From IMG/VR virus record IMGVR_UViG_3300021254_000020, positions 1-64,000 of that record: a stretch of 64,000 nt of DNA; one strand, 5' to 3'. The notes beneath the pieces were generated by a model that did not search any database, was not told the DNA's origin, and worked only from the letters and a program-made list of their open reading frames with translations. Numbering within the stretch: position 1 is the first letter of the stretch; each line of letters opens with the position of its first letter. A program made the translations under genes and the position numbers. Source of the stretch: a virus (lineage: Duplodnaviria; Caudoviricetes). This document shows positions 30,095-40,887 of this stretch, piece after piece.

Positions 30095-31090
30095 ATGGTT
30101 TTAGATCAACCGTATCAATTTTATTGGCCATGGGTACCAGAGGAGTTACATACCTATGGAGAAGCAGTACGATTCGCAGAGGATATGTTTAAATACTTCA
30201 ATGGGAAGGTTAATCCTCATTTCCCAGCTAAAGGAATCACTTTTGGTAATAATAACTCTCCTGGAGTATTGGGGAAGAATGTAGTAGATATAGTTGTCAT
30301 ATATCCTCATAATATAATGAGATATGTTCATGAGAATATAGAAATGATGGGAACTGCTAGAAAAGTGAGCTGTCTGCTTAAGGGAACAATAATCTATGTA
30401 GTCATTCATGAGTTGCTTCATATGGAACAAGACTTTGATGCTTATTATAAGAAGTATAAAAATCCAATTCCAAGAATAGAATTGGCCTGTCACGTTATGA
30501 CTAAAAAATATATTGATTATTTATATGATCATGGATCTTACATAGCGGATATACCATTAGACTACTTTGAATCATTTACTCCAGGAGTAGCTAACTTCTT
30601 TGATATAAGTGCAGAAAAGATTGCTAAGTATGAGGAGAAGGGAGAATCCCTATTCTATTATGCTGATCCAATAAATAAGGCATTATATTTTTGGGATCTA
30701 CTATTAAAGAACCATTTTGATGATTATAGCCCCACAGGATCTATTAGAAATATGGTGAACGTAGATGATGAGAATAAGACTCCTATAGGGACGATTATAG
30801 TTACATTCTACATAGACAGAGAAGTTATTGCTAAAGATATGTATATCAAATTTGCTGGCAAATGGTTATCTCCAGATATTATACTGAACATACCTAGAAC
30901 TATAGTATTATTGGAAGATACTAGTAATGGTGATGAACATGGAGTAGATATATCATCTAGAGTAGGATTCTGTAATGATGCTCCTAGCTGTGCTAGAATA
31001 GATATATCTATGGCAACCCGTCCAGATAATAGCATGTTTGATGTAGTATATAGATTACGGAAAGACCAACATCCAATATTCAGAGTATAA
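30095..31090 (+). CDS. HEXXH zinc-metallopeptidase-like protein
   Basis: VVIHELLHMEQ...IELAC; early-like promoter 30052-30066. Confidence 0.6.
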   Translation: MVLDQPYQFYWPWVPEELHTYGEAVRFAEDMFKYFNGKVNPHFPAKGITFGNNNSPGVLGKNVVDIVVIYPHNIMRYVHENIEMMGTARKVSCLLKGTIIYVVIHELLHMEQDFDAYYKKYKNPIPRIELACHVMTKKYIDYLYDHGSYIADIPLDYFESFTPGVANFFDISAEKIAKYEEKGESLFYYADPINKALYFWDLLLKNHFDDYSPTGSIRNMVNVDDENKTPIGTIIVTFYIDREVIAKDMYIKFAGKWLSPDIILNIPRTIVLLEDTSNGDEHGVDISSRVGFCNDAPSCARIDISMATRPDNSMFDVVYRLRKDQHPIFRV

Positions 31091-31134
31091 GACACAGAAA
31101 TGTAGAGGAGATTTACTCTCCTCTACATATTTTT

Positions 31135-31920
31135 TTATATTACGTAAGAATCATCATCTGTTAGAGGACCAGTCAGACTATAATCTACTACACTATTATA
31201 CCAGCTACTCAGTATCCTTTTTACTAGATCTACTATATATCTATCGTTATAATAGGATACGAAATAGCTCTTAGTATACAGCTCTTTGAGTACCTTATCT
31301 AGTATATCTACTAGAACAGTATCATATGGAGTGTATTCTTCATATAGAGTAGGCTTAAAGAATAATTTGGAATAGAACTCTTCAAAATTCTTATCACTGT
31401 ACAATGCAGCCATCTCTTCTGTATCTATCAAATAGGGCTCACTGTTCTTCATCTTGTCATCCATGACCTTGAAATACATTCTAAAGATATTAAAGAAAAT
31501 AGTAGATACTACAGTAAGATCATAGTACTGATTTGATGATCTATATTTCCCGTTATTATTCTCTTCTATAAATAGCTTGTATTCTCTTATTATATTTGAG
31601 TAACAGTGTCTCATGAAGTACCATAGTCTTTTAGTATAGCTAGCCTCATATGATATTCTTGATAAACTAACGTTGCTATGTGTATAAATAAGATATAGTA
31701 TTCCTAGAATAGCTACACTCATATACGTCATAACATATTCAAAGAAATCACCAGTCTGATTATACCATTTAGATGCGACTGCTGGAAGGATTACTCCTAG
31801 CACTATCATCATAAATATACTAGTTAGACCAGCCATTTCTATTCTCCATTTTTTCTTTAAATGGGCAATCAATATAAATACTATAGATAACTGATTCTTT
31901 ATCTCCAATAATTTAATCAT
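31135..31920 (-). CDS. Membrane-anchored hypothetical protein
   Basis: N-terminal hydrophobic segments; start uncertain. Confidence 0.65.
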   Translation of the reverse strand: MIKLLEIKNQLSIVFILIAHLKKKWRIEMAGLTSIFMMIVLGVILPAVASKWYNQTGDFFEYVMTYMSVAILGILYLIYTHSNVSLSRISYEASYTKRLWYFMRHCYSNIIREYKLFIEENNNGKYRSSNQYYDLTVVSTIFFNIFRMYFKVMDDKMKNSEPYLIDTEEMAALYSDKNFEEFYSKLFFKPTLYEEYTPYDTVLVDILDKVLKELYTKSYFVSYYNDRYIVDLVKRILSSWYNSVVDYSLTGPLTDDDSYVI

Positions 31921-31945
31921 ATACTAATCGCCCCTATCTGATTAA

Positions 31946-32746
31946 TTATTTTAATATTTTCTTTAAGAGATCGTCTCTGTAGGCTTTATGATTTTCTTGG
32001 TCATTGAGAAGGTCATTCCACTTATCATATCTAATAGATTTCTTTGCTACAGAAGAGCTAGGTCTAACCATTGTATCTGGACCTTCTATAGAATCCATAA
32101 TACTTCTATTCAATCTACCACTAATAAACGTATAGAAATCATTATAAGCTTGATACATTCGCTGTACATAAGCTGATGAGTCAAACTCTTCTCCACTCTT
32201 ACGTTTAACAGCTCTATCTAGAACTACATTGATTGGAGGTTGAATGAAAACATAATAATCTACTGCTTTCTTCAAATGGCAGTATTTATTTAGAATTATG
32301 TCCAGGTCAAGTCTCGAATCGTCCTCGCTAATAGCAATATCTCCAGCTAGTCTATTTCTCTTGAGATAGGTACGGATGCTATGATAGATAGTACCACCAT
32401 TCATAGCATTATATAATATAGTAGAAATAGGTCCTCTGTCAATAAGCATAACAGCATCTTTAGGATTCTTCTCAAAGAATGGATTTATAGTCTTTTCGAA
32501 TGTTTCAATCATGTTGAGAACATACAGCCCTTGGAATAGATCTGGAGGATAATCCATAGCCTTCTTATCTGCTAGAATACTGCGTATCTTCAATCCACCA
32601 AATGCCTTCACATTTGGAAACGCAATGGTCTGTACTTTGATCTTAGGATTCTTTTCCTTGATCTCTTCTTTGAGATCATTAATCATAGTACTCTTACCAC
32701 TACCATCTACACCCTCAAACATAACCAACTTGCTGTTCATAATCAA
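31946..32746 (-). CDS. tmk: Thymidylate (dNMP) kinase
   Basis: FEGVDGSGKST P-loop, FP motif, IDRG. Confidence 0.85.
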   Translation of the reverse strand: MIMNSKLVMFEGVDGSGKSTMINDLKEEIKEKNPKIKVQTIAFPNVKAFGGLKIRSILADKKAMDYPPDLFQGLYVLNMIETFEKTINPFFEKNPKDAVMLIDRGPISTILYNAMNGGTIYHSIRTYLKRNRLAGDIAISEDDSRLDLDIILNKYCHLKKAVDYYVFIQPPINVVLDRAVKRKSGEEFDSSAYVQRMYQAYNDFYTFISGRLNRSIMDSIEGPDTMVRPSSSVAKKSIRYDKWNDLLNDQENHKAYRDDLLKKILK

Positions 32747-32755
32747 TTCCTCCTA

Positions 32756-33166
32756 TTAGATGCTCATATATAGAGCTAATATAATTAAACAATGTAACAA
32801 AGCATCGCAGTAGAATAGTAGATGATCATTACGACATAATACATCATCACCACTCATACACATAAAATCAATATCTACTTCAACTTCTTTTCCATTATAT
32901 AACTTATTTCGAAATTTGCATTTTATCAAGTCTATGATAAAATGACTATAGAACAACACTCCAAAGATCCAATCCCAATCTATATTAGACACTATTCCTT
33001 TGTTCAATCCTACTATAAGGAATCCAAACGCAACGACCACTGTATAGATAGCACAGTGGGCTAATAAGATATAAATATCTTTGCTTTTCCATTTAGTAAG
33101 AAAATCAGACTGAAAGGCAAAGTCTCCAAAACAGTGGGAAGCAAATAGAATAAGTATATTTATCAT
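32756..33166 (-). CDS. DUF3307-like membrane protein
   Basis: H..GDF.FQ, LLAH..IY, HFIID, D.LLH pattern. Confidence 0.75.
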   Translation of the reverse strand: MINILILFASHCFGDFAFQSDFLTKWKSKDIYILLAHCAIYTVVVAFGFLIVGLNKGIVSNIDWDWIFGVLFYSHFIIDLIKCKFRNKLYNGKEVEVDIDFMCMSGDDVLCRNDHLLFYCDALLHCLIILALYMSI

Positions 33167-33286
33167 AATACAACCACTCCCATTCTTTAATTATCTGACT
33201 GTTGGCTAGAGATATATTAATAATGATATCCTCCAAAACGTATCTATAAACATCATCAACTAATTATACTTTAGGAGGAGATATAA

Positions 33287-34471
33287 ATGATGCTTAAAAG
33301 AAAACTATTCTTCTTTGGTACTGATAATCCTACTCTCACTATCCACGTTCCAAACTCATGTGGTAATGACTGTTCTTTCTGTGTAAATAAGAATATGTAT
33401 GTACAGGAGAGAGGAGGTACTCTAAAACGTGGAGTACAAGAGGCATTCTTACAAGTCTTAGAAGAAATGCCAGAAGCTGCAGAAACTGTAGTAATCTCTG
33501 GAGGAGAACCACTCTACTCATTTAGTTGGCTAGAGAAGATTGTACTTCCTACTATAGAAAAATACAAGAATAATGGTGTTATTAAACATGCTTATCTCAA
33601 TACGTTCTTGCCATCATCTAGACTTCATGACTTTGTATCATTGATAGTAAAGTACGGTACTAGATATAAGAGTACCAATAAGTTCCCTTATCTAGATGGT
33701 ATATCCATCTCTCGCCCCAATCTGAGCACTGATTCATTTAGAGTTGCTACTCTTAGCGATGATAAATTAGCCAAGTTCATGGAAACACTAGACAAGCATA
33801 TTCAAAAACCAAATCGTTTAGATTTAAGAATCAATGCGTTGATAGATGATAATATGAGTGCAAAAAAGATAGATGAGGGAATCACGCTTTATAGTGATAT
33901 GGGATTCACTGTGAGTTTAAGAGAAGACTTCACTAAAGAAACTCCAACCACTCTCCGTAAACTCACTGATATAGAGAAGTTTAAATATGATTTCTTAGAT
34001 CCAGTATACTCTGTAGGTTGTAATGCGTGTGCTTCATTTATTACTAATAGAAGTGATGTTACTATTCATAAGGGATTAGAACACACCTCTAATGTTAATA
34101 TCTTCCCTGGAGGAAATGCTCTAATAGAAGTAGTAGATGTAATTATAGATCCATGTGGAGGGGTCTTCTATGACTGGGCTATTTCTGATGAGGAAAGGGA
34201 TAAATATGAATTATCCTATTTCAAGAAGTCAATGCATCTACCTCATATTTACTCTAGAAAAGCAATAGAAATCCTTATAAATAAACTACCATCTTGGAAA
34301 TCTATAAATAACGAAGAGAAAGGAGAGACAGATAAAGATGCAATAATAGATGATATAATTGGTTCACTAAAATCGACACCAATATATACTCCAAAGGAAA
34401 CAGTTGGTGGCTTCACTCTAAGAAGGAGTCCAATTATATCTACATGCGAATTACCTGACAGTATATGTTGA
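33287..34471 (+). CDS. Radical SAM protein
   Basis: CGNDCSFC (CxxxCxxC), SGGEP, distal CNAC. Confidence 0.85.
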   Translation: MMLKRKLFFFGTDNPTLTIHVPNSCGNDCSFCVNKNMYVQERGGTLKRGVQEAFLQVLEEMPEAAETVVISGGEPLYSFSWLEKIVLPTIEKYKNNGVIKHAYLNTFLPSSRLHDFVSLIVKYGTRYKSTNKFPYLDGISISRPNLSTDSFRVATLSDDKLAKFMETLDKHIQKPNRLDLRINALIDDNMSAKKIDEGITLYSDMGFTVSLREDFTKETPTTLRKLTDIEKFKYDFLDPVYSVGCNACASFITNRSDVTIHKGLEHTSNVNIFPGGNALIEVVDVIIDPCGGVFYDWAISDEERDKYELSYFKKSMHLPHIYSRKAIEILINKLPSWKSINNEEKGETDKDAIIDDIIGSLKSTPIYTPKETVGGFTLRRSPIISTCELPDSIC

Positions 34472-34553
34472 ATATAAATATATAAGTTAACGGGATAGAG
34501 GAGATAATCCTCTATCCTGTAAAAATGGCTTTCTTCAATTGTATATTATCATT

Positions 34554-34630
34554 GTGAATAGAGGTTGTATGATTAGCGAATCATACGTAAAATAGCTATG
34601 TTCCTTTATCGCTACCTTTAGAAAGGAAGG
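34554..34630 (+). promoter_or_regulatory. Conserved structured 5' leader, copy 1
   Basis: GAGGTT-[hairpin]-GTAAAATAGCTATG-x-TCCT, shared with 60399-60478. Confidence 0.6.
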
Positions 34631-34638
34631 TAATAATC

Positions 34639-34968
34639 ATGAGAACCGCAGTAGTTATTAATTTGGAACAGTATCAGAAGATCAAAGACAGTGGCATTAA
34701 AACTGTTAAAATCGTAGGCATTGAGTGGGAAAAGGCAGAATCTTCTCCGGTCTATTATAAAAATTATAAGACCTGGGGATGGCAGAGCACGTCAACGAAA
34801 CTCAATGTATTCCTGGAAAAAGAAGACGGTACCATTATTAAGAGAGACGTATATGAATACGTTCTCGGTAAACTGGGATGGAAGAAATTGAGTGATAAAA
34901 GATACACTCAATTCCATAACATGTTTATTGGTAAAACTGTAAAAATGAACTGCTTCATGAATGCTTAA
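34639..34968 (+). CDS. Hypothetical early protein
   Basis: GAAAGGAAGG RBS; early-like promoter 34542-34556. Confidence 0.7.
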   Translation: MRTAVVINLEQYQKIKDSGIKTVKIVGIEWEKAESSPVYYKNYKTWGWQSTSTKLNVFLEKEDGTIIKRDVYEYVLGKLGWKKLSDKRYTQFHNMFIGKTVKMNCFMNA

Positions 34969-34981
34969 GGAGGAATTAACC

Positions 34982-35344
34982 ATGGAAGCAATCGTTTATC
35001 TCGTATCCACTATTTCCGTAGTACTTGAAAGAGAGTACTATACCAATGACGACCTCAAGAAATTGAGAGAAGAGCTCATTAACAGTATAGAAGACCTTAT
35101 GTCTGAGAAGGGCATTAAGTTCTTCGATATCGAAGAAATCACTCCCGAGCAGCTGGCACACATCGAAACTTCTAATAACACATTTATCTTCTTATATGAG
35201 GGAAACACCAAAAAGAGGAAAAATGTGTATGTTCCGGAAAATCTTATGTGGCTAGATTACGACAAGGGGGAAGTTGTAATTGGTGAGCCAAAAGATCATC
35301 CGGAATATCCAGTAGGCGTGTCTGGTTGGGTTGAGAAGAAGTAA
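34982..35344 (+). CDS. Hypothetical early protein
   Basis: AAGGAGG RBS places the start at 34982. Confidence 0.7.
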   Translation: MEAIVYLVSTISVVLEREYYTNDDLKKLREELINSIEDLMSEKGIKFFDIEEITPEQLAHIETSNNTFIFLYEGNTKKRKNVYVPENLMWLDYDKGEVVIGEPKDHPEYPVGVSGWVEKK

Positions 35345-35398
35345 AAATGACTGGGAGGCATCGTAAGTGCCTCCCTATTAAAGAAAGGAAGATTAATC

Positions 35399-36040
35399 AT
35401 GAAAAACATTATTATCAATGTAGTATTAGCTGTATTGCCGTATTTGCTCAGAATCGATTTCGTATTCAAGTTCGTCTCTTGGTCTTTGTGGCAGGGGTAT
35501 CTGCAGGGTGAAGGTAAATGTGTAGATCTCCTCGTGATGATCATGCATGCCAGATATAAATTGGTTGATTCCAAACTCAATATTATGAGTGAGGAAGAAG
35601 CCGTGGAATACTACAAAACCATTTCTGCAGCAGGGGCTAAAACCAATTACGATAATAACACTGCAGTAGATGGTTCAGTTAAGATCGTAGATGGTTTGAT
35701 TATCCCTCCTGCATCCAGTGCTCCAACACAGGATGGTGAGATTCATATTAATGCAGTCCCATCGTTAATGGCATCTCAGTCTGTACAGGTATGCAAGACT
35801 TATCATCAGGATGTGGCTAAGGGATGGAGATTCATCCGCTTCATGATGATGCATGAAATTTGGCATACCAATCAGTTCAGATTCGTGCTCGATAACGGTG
35901 GATTATCCCTTCTGAAGAGGGTGGCTGCTATGGAAGTAAATTCCCAATACTCGGAAGGTCCACTTGAAGTTGGGGCCAACCGGTATGCCGCTTCCAAAGG
36001 AAAGGATAAACAGGATCTGAGTATTCTGTTAGCCGCTTGA
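35399..36040 (+). CDS. HEXXH metallopeptidase-like protein
   Basis: MMHEIWHTNQ...PLEVGA. Confidence 0.6.
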   Translation: MKNIIINVVLAVLPYLLRIDFVFKFVSWSLWQGYLQGEGKCVDLLVMIMHARYKLVDSKLNIMSEEEAVEYYKTISAAGAKTNYDNNTAVDGSVKIVDGLIIPPASSAPTQDGEIHINAVPSLMASQSVQVCKTYHQDVAKGWRFIRFMMMHEIWHTNQFRFVLDNGGLSLLKRVAAMEVNSQYSEGPLEVGANRYAASKGKDKQDLSILLAA

Positions 36041-36119
36041 TATGGATAAGCTGTATTATTATGGAGCCAGTGAATAATTCCTGGCTCCATTTATTTTGTT
36101 TGATAGGAGGAGAGTACAT

Positions 36120-36374
36120 ATGTACATCGTAAACATCATAGAGAGACAGCCGGACCCGGCTGACTACAGTTCGTTTGTCGTGTTGTTCCCTCTTAACTCG
36201 ATTCAGTTCGAGTCGAAGAGGGATGCTCAGCGGTGGCTCAATAAGCAGAACTTCGTTCTTCGTCCATACCATTCTGTATATGAAAAAGACAATGATATTG
36301 CCTATATTACTGAAGTGGTAGCAGGGTACCCCAGCTATGCCGGAGTCAAGTGGAATGAAGGTCATGCTGAGTGA
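36120..36374 (+). CDS. Hypothetical early protein
   Basis: AGGAGG RBS before ATG 36120. Confidence 0.65.
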   Translation: MYIVNIIERQPDPADYSSFVVLFPLNSIQFESKRDAQRWLNKQNFVLRPYHSVYEKDNDIAYITEVVAGYPSYAGVKWNEGHAE

Positions 36375-36427
36375 GTTTGTTAAAGGGCTGGTAAATGCCA
36401 GCCCTATTTTTTGAGGAGGTAATAATC

Positions 36428-37003
36428 ATGGGTGCAAGAAAAGTACAAGAGCAAAAAGTCAAGGTTCTTGGTCATGAATATGAGTTAGAGTATATAGACC
36501 ATGGGTTTAATCTGGAACTCCCAGGTGTAGAAACTCATTTGAAAACAAATGACGAAATCTATACAAGGGATACCAGAAGAATCGGTATCTATGATCTCGT
36601 TCTGCGCAACAATGAAAACGAGGCAAATTTCCAGGCCGGAATGACGTATATCAAAACGTTATTCCCTGGCAAAGAAACTAGATCTAGATTAGATGGGGAG
36701 CTATCGACAATAGGAACCTCTTCTGGTCTATCAACAGATGGGTATATTCTCATAGATACCTATACCGATGTGATGATTGGTATGCCGACCTTCTTTCAGA
36801 GATGGTACAATATATGGCTATATTCAGTAGCGGCAGAGATGGCAGCAGAAAAAGGGATTAATTTTACAGTATCTATCGGAGAATCAGAACCTCGTTTCAA
36901 TAAGGAGCTCAACCGTATAGAAATTAACGATCCGTATCTCTCTGCCAATAATAACACTAAAGAGTTCCTCAAATCAATTGAGGATATTCTTAATAGTATC
37001 TAA
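36428..37003 (+). CDS. Hypothetical early protein
   Basis: GAGGAGGT RBS before ATG 36428. Confidence 0.7.
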   Translation: MGARKVQEQKVKVLGHEYELEYIDHGFNLELPGVETHLKTNDEIYTRDTRRIGIYDLVLRNNENEANFQAGMTYIKTLFPGKETRSRLDGELSTIGTSSGLSTDGYILIDTYTDVMIGMPTFFQRWYNIWLYSVAAEMAAEKGINFTVSIGESEPRFNKELNRIEINDPYLSANNNTKEFLKSIEDILNSI

Positions 37004-37137
37004 CTCCCAATACTCATTTCCTTACATCTTATTTAGAAGGCTGCTTAATTGCAGTCTTCATTTTTTTTTATTCACACGGTTGGGTAGAGGATCATTTCCT
37101 CTACCCACTACTATCATTCATTCATATACATTATATA

Positions 37138-38019
37138 TTAGAAGTATCTAGATATACCATCTAGTACTTCCCTTTTAACAGCATCTTCCAAACAGATATG
37201 GAAAGTATCTCCCATACGTGTTTTCATAGTAACTGTATTAAGAGAGGTATCTAATTGAATAGACTCATATAACACATCGAAGGTGGAGATAATTGATTTG
37301 ATATTATTACTTTCTGCTACCATGAATCTAGCCATCTCATCTTGAGTTAATGGGAATACCAATGGGGTAGCATCTAAACAGTTACCTTCTTCTTTAATAG
37401 CTTCAGCAATTTTAGGGTTGCTAAGGAAAGCACTCTCATTAAGCAATGCATTCTCATCTACTTTAACTGCTTCTGATGATACGATATTAGTCATATAAGC
37501 TTTAACATGAGAAGGATATATGACTTTATCATAAGTGATCATTACCATGTTTTTGACCTTATTGATACCATTTTCATTTACTAATGAACCTATGGCTCGT
37601 AATGAGAAAGACGGTCTACGTCCACGACGCAAATCTTCATTAAATGCTTTACCAAGCTCATTGCTTGTTCCAGTAAACCAAGATTTAACCAAATTACCAT
37701 CCATCCATAATTTTTTATGAAAGCAGCATCCATTCTTTTCTACAATGGTAGACTGCCTGTGGACTGATTGGTCCAAAGGGTGACCTAGTTCCGAAACTAG
37801 ATTACCCGTACGTACTAATTCACGAATTCTAGGAGCCTGAATAGCTCTATTAAGCTCCTCAGTTCCGTAGAATCTCTTGTTTCTATTCACAACCCCTCCG
37901 TCCTGGAGAATACCTTCAGCTACTATATAACCATCTTTACCTTCGTGAACTGGTTTGAATTCTATTTCACTCCTAGTTTCTTCGGAGATAACACAACCGA
38001 TCATTTGATTTTTATCCAT
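37138..38019 (-). CDS. Prohead maturation protease (T4 gp21-like)
   Basis: NRNKRFY, ELGHP, SFSLRAIG, TYDKVIYPSH; GACA-N6-TA promoter. Confidence 0.88.
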   Translation of the reverse strand: MDKNQMIGCVISEETRSEIEFKPVHEGKDGYIVAEGILQDGGVVNRNKRFYGTEELNRAIQAPRIRELVRTGNLVSELGHPLDQSVHRQSTIVEKNGCCFHKKLWMDGNLVKSWFTGTSNELGKAFNEDLRRGRRPSFSLRAIGSLVNENGINKVKNMVMITYDKVIYPSHVKAYMTNIVSSEAVKVDENALLNESAFLSNPKIAEAIKEEGNCLDATPLVFPLTQDEMARFMVAESNNIKSIISTFDVLYESIQLDTSLNTVTMKTRMGDTFHICLEDAVKREVLDGISRYF

Positions 38020-38127
38020 GTTAAACTCACTCCTATCTATATATTATTGCAATATATCATTATCAAGTTACCGTGATGTCTTGCTTATATAAACGGGGTA
38101 GACCTAAAATGGTCTACCCCTTATTTT

Positions 38128-38868
38128 TTATTTGTGATTCTTATCTTTTTTATCCCACTTGCTGTCTTTATTCTGCTGCTGATTGGAGTTGTCTTTCTTT
38201 TCTTCCTTCTTGTCAACAGTAGCCGTTACTGATACTTCTTTAGTAACTTCTACAGCTGGAGTCTCTTTCTTCTCTTCTTTAACAGTGCTGATCGTGAAGG
38301 ATTCTACTTTCTTTTCGTCATTTTTCTTTTTATTCTTTTCTTCACGAGCATATACCTCTTTCAGAGCTTCTGCGCGTTTCTTTTCTTCATATTCTTTACG
38401 TTTAGCAGCTTCCTCTGCTTCTTTAGCAGCAGCTTCTTCTTTAGCTTTCTTAAGAGCCTCTTTAGCGGCGGCTTCCTTTTCAGCCTTTTCTTTAGCGATC
38501 TTTTCTGCTTCCAGATTGATACGTTTAATAGGCGGAGCTACTACAACACGATTGTTGATTACAGTTTTATTACCATCGAGATCGGTTACAGTAATAGCTT
38601 GGTCAACCGGATTTACGATGAACTCGCTAGCACCTTCAGGAACTGCCGATGGACCATTATCGGTATTATAGTTAGCGAAATCCAAAGGTACCTGTTTACC
38701 ATTAGCCAAGTTTTCTGTAACAAGTGCCTTTTCCTGTAAGCAATATGCGATAGATTCGCAAGAAAGGATAATGTTGCGTACTAAGCTAGTGAAGTTAGCA
38801 GCTTTAAGACGGAACGGGCGTGCGGGACGTACTGTTACGAGCTTGAGATCTTTGTTTGAGAGATACAT
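38128..38868 (-). CDS. Hypothetical protein with Lys/Glu/Ala-rich coiled coil
   Basis: EAAAK-type repeats; GAGGAGG RBS. Confidence 0.72.
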   Translation of the reverse strand: MYLSNKDLKLVTVRPARPFRLKAANFTSLVRNIILSCESIAYCLQEKALVTENLANGKQVPLDFANYNTDNGPSAVPEGASEFIVNPVDQAITVTDLDGNKTVINNRVVVAPPIKRINLEAEKIAKEKAEKEAAAKEALKKAKEEAAAKEAEEAAKRKEYEEKKRAEALKEVYAREEKNKKKNDEKKVESFTISTVKEEKKETPAVEVTKEVSVTATVDKKEEKKDNSNQQQNKDSKWDKKDKNHK

Positions 38869-38921
38869 AATTTATTTCCTCCTCTTTGAATACAGATTAG
38901 TGATCTGTTATTCTTTTATTA

Positions 38922-39107
38922 TTATAAATCCAATATGTGATCTATAGTATCATAAAGAGCAGATTCAGCCATCAAGCTATACTCTGCCTCTTCATCATCT
39001 TCAATAAGAGTATCTACGAAACTCATTGTAGAATCCTCTAGTAGTGTATCATCGATACCACCAATATTCATATTATCTATAATGGATTGATCCAACATTG
39101 TTATCAT
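38922..39107 (-). CDS. Small acidic protein
   Basis: 61 aa, D/E-rich; AGGAG RBS. Confidence 0.55.
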   Translation of the reverse strand: MITMLDQSIIDNMNIGGIDDTLLEDSTMSFVDTLIEDDEEAEYSLMAESALYDTIDHILDL

Positions 39108-39396
39108 CTCCTATCTATGTGTTAAAACAACGGTTCACTAGATGGATCTATCTCTCCATCATCATCAATTCCTAATATATAATCTATGGTTTCCCTAAGG
39201 GAATCATATTCTTGGCCTAATTCAATAGCTTCATCTTCTTCACGCATCGATTCTGCCAATATATTCTCCATCTCAGTAGTCATATATACCACCTCCTATT
39301 CAATTACCATGATGTAACTAAAACAGAAAATTAGGATACCAATTACGGTCGACATTTATATAAAATAACAGGAGGTCTGAATTGAGGTGATGGACT

Positions 39397-39690
39397 ATGG
39401 TAGTTCAGATATTTGATCCGGATAGAGAATATGCTCGTCTCCTGCATGATCCTGATAAAAGTAAGGCTGTCAGGTTTCTTAGTCAAGAAGCAGCTTATTT
39501 CATCAGTATCAAATGTATGATTGATAATTGTAATAGTGATGCTGATTATGAGAGGTTGTTTCCTTCTATGGTAGAAGTTTCGAGTCATATTCGCCGTAAT
39601 ATCTTCAAGTCACTGAAAGATCAATACAGTATTCTAGAATGGAAAAAGAGGAAGTACTTAAATAGACTATTTAAGTCCCTCGAATTCTAG
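39397..39690 (+). CDS. Hypothetical protein
   Basis: 97 aa; GAGGTGA RBS. Confidence 0.6.
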   Translation: MVVQIFDPDREYARLLHDPDKSKAVRFLSQEAAYFISIKCMIDNCNSDADYERLFPSMVEVSSHIRRNIFKSLKDQYSILEWKKRKYLNRLFKSLEF

Positions 39691-39795
39691 ACGGTAATAG
39701 TGTATACAGTTATATACTATAGTAGTGAAGAAGACCATTATAGGTCTTCTTCATAACGTGTCTCTGCATCTGTTTTTTAGAAAGGGAGTATTAAA

Positions 39796-40395
39796 ATGAA
39801 CAGAAGAGATTTAGGTTTCTTAGTCAGTGGTTTTATTGTTGGTGCTATTACTGGTTTAGCATTCAGAGAAAAGAGGGAGATGAAAGAGATAAGCCCCAAA
39901 GAGTTCTTTGATATGGCAAAGAAAAATGGAGGGGCAGCGTCAGTAACTATGAAGTTCAAGCCAGCAGAATCTGAACAGGTTCCGCAGCATCAAGTTCCAG
40001 TAGTACCTCCTCATATGGCGTATCAGATGGCTGCTCAGATGCCGCCTCAATTTAATCAGGGTGAATTGAGCGAAGAAGATAAGGCCAGAATAGCTAGAGA
40101 TGTCGCAAAAGCATTATCCGATATTAAGAAGAAACGCGATAATGGTGAAGAATTATCCCAAGGCGAGTCAACGATTCTTGATGCAGCTGACAAGAAAGAT
40201 GTTATGGTGAAAATGATGATTCCTAATCTAGAATCTAGGTTAAGGACTAACAATGTATTCTTGTCTCAAGATGAGACGTTCCTGTATAGACAGTTAAAGG
40301 AACAAAAGGGATACGGTGTTGAATTATCCGATGCTGATGAGAAAGCATTTGAATTGTTGAGTAAATTTGTTCAGTTAGAACCAGGAAACGCATAA
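39796..40395 (+). CDS. N-terminally anchored protein, paralog family B
   Basis: MNRRDLGFLVSGFIVGAITG; early-like promoter 39713-39727. Confidence 0.75.
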   Translation: MNRRDLGFLVSGFIVGAITGLAFREKREMKEISPKEFFDMAKKNGGAASVTMKFKPAESEQVPQHQVPVVPPHMAYQMAAQMPPQFNQGELSEEDKARIARDVAKALSDIKKKRDNGEELSQGESTILDAADKKDVMVKMMIPNLESRLRTNNVFLSQDETFLYRQLKEQKGYGVELSDADEKAFELLSKFVQLEPGNA

Positions 40396-40452
40396 GACGA
40401 TAGCAAAGAGTGGTACACATTGGTACCACTCTCATTTTAAGGAGGAATAACA

Positions 40453-40875
40453 ATGAATAGTAAAGAATTTGCGTATTTACTTGGCGGATTTTCTGTAGGT
40501 GTAGTGACGGGGCTTATGCTTGAAAGAAAAGAAGAATCAACCAAGGATAGATTGGTGAAGGAGCTCAATGATGATTGCAACTTTGATGTTGAGGGCAACT
40601 ATACTGCTCCTCAGGCAAACCCAGTTAAGCAGGCTAAGTGGGATGTTTATGTTACCAATGTAATGAACAAGTTCAGTGAGAAACAGGCAAAGATTAAAGA
40701 GCCTTATTCTAAAGATAATCCCCCGAAACCACTTACTGCAGAGGAGATGCAGCTCTATACTAAGTTGAAAAACAAACTTTATGAGAGTAAATATCAGATG
40801 AGCCATACAGAAGGTAGTGCATTGGCCATGCTAGCTGAATATATGCATGTCGTAAATCTGTATAACAAGGAATAA
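40453..40875 (+). CDS. N-terminally anchored protein, paralog family B
   Basis: MNSKEFAYLLGGFSVGVVTG. Confidence 0.75.
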   Translation: MNSKEFAYLLGGFSVGVVTGLMLERKEESTKDRLVKELNDDCNFDVEGNYTAPQANPVKQAKWDVYVTNVMNKFSEKQAKIKEPYSKDNPPKPLTAEEMQLYTKLKNKLYESKYQMSHTEGSALAMLAEYMHVVNLYNKE

Positions 40876-40887
40876 GGAGGAATATCA

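Noticed and set aside
34561-34630. Pistol ribozyme interpretation of the conserved leader
   Set aside because: A hairpin, AAAUAG linker and possible pseudoknot are reminiscent, but the spacing differs and I cannot find the downstream conserved GCGU, P3 or cleavage-site elements.
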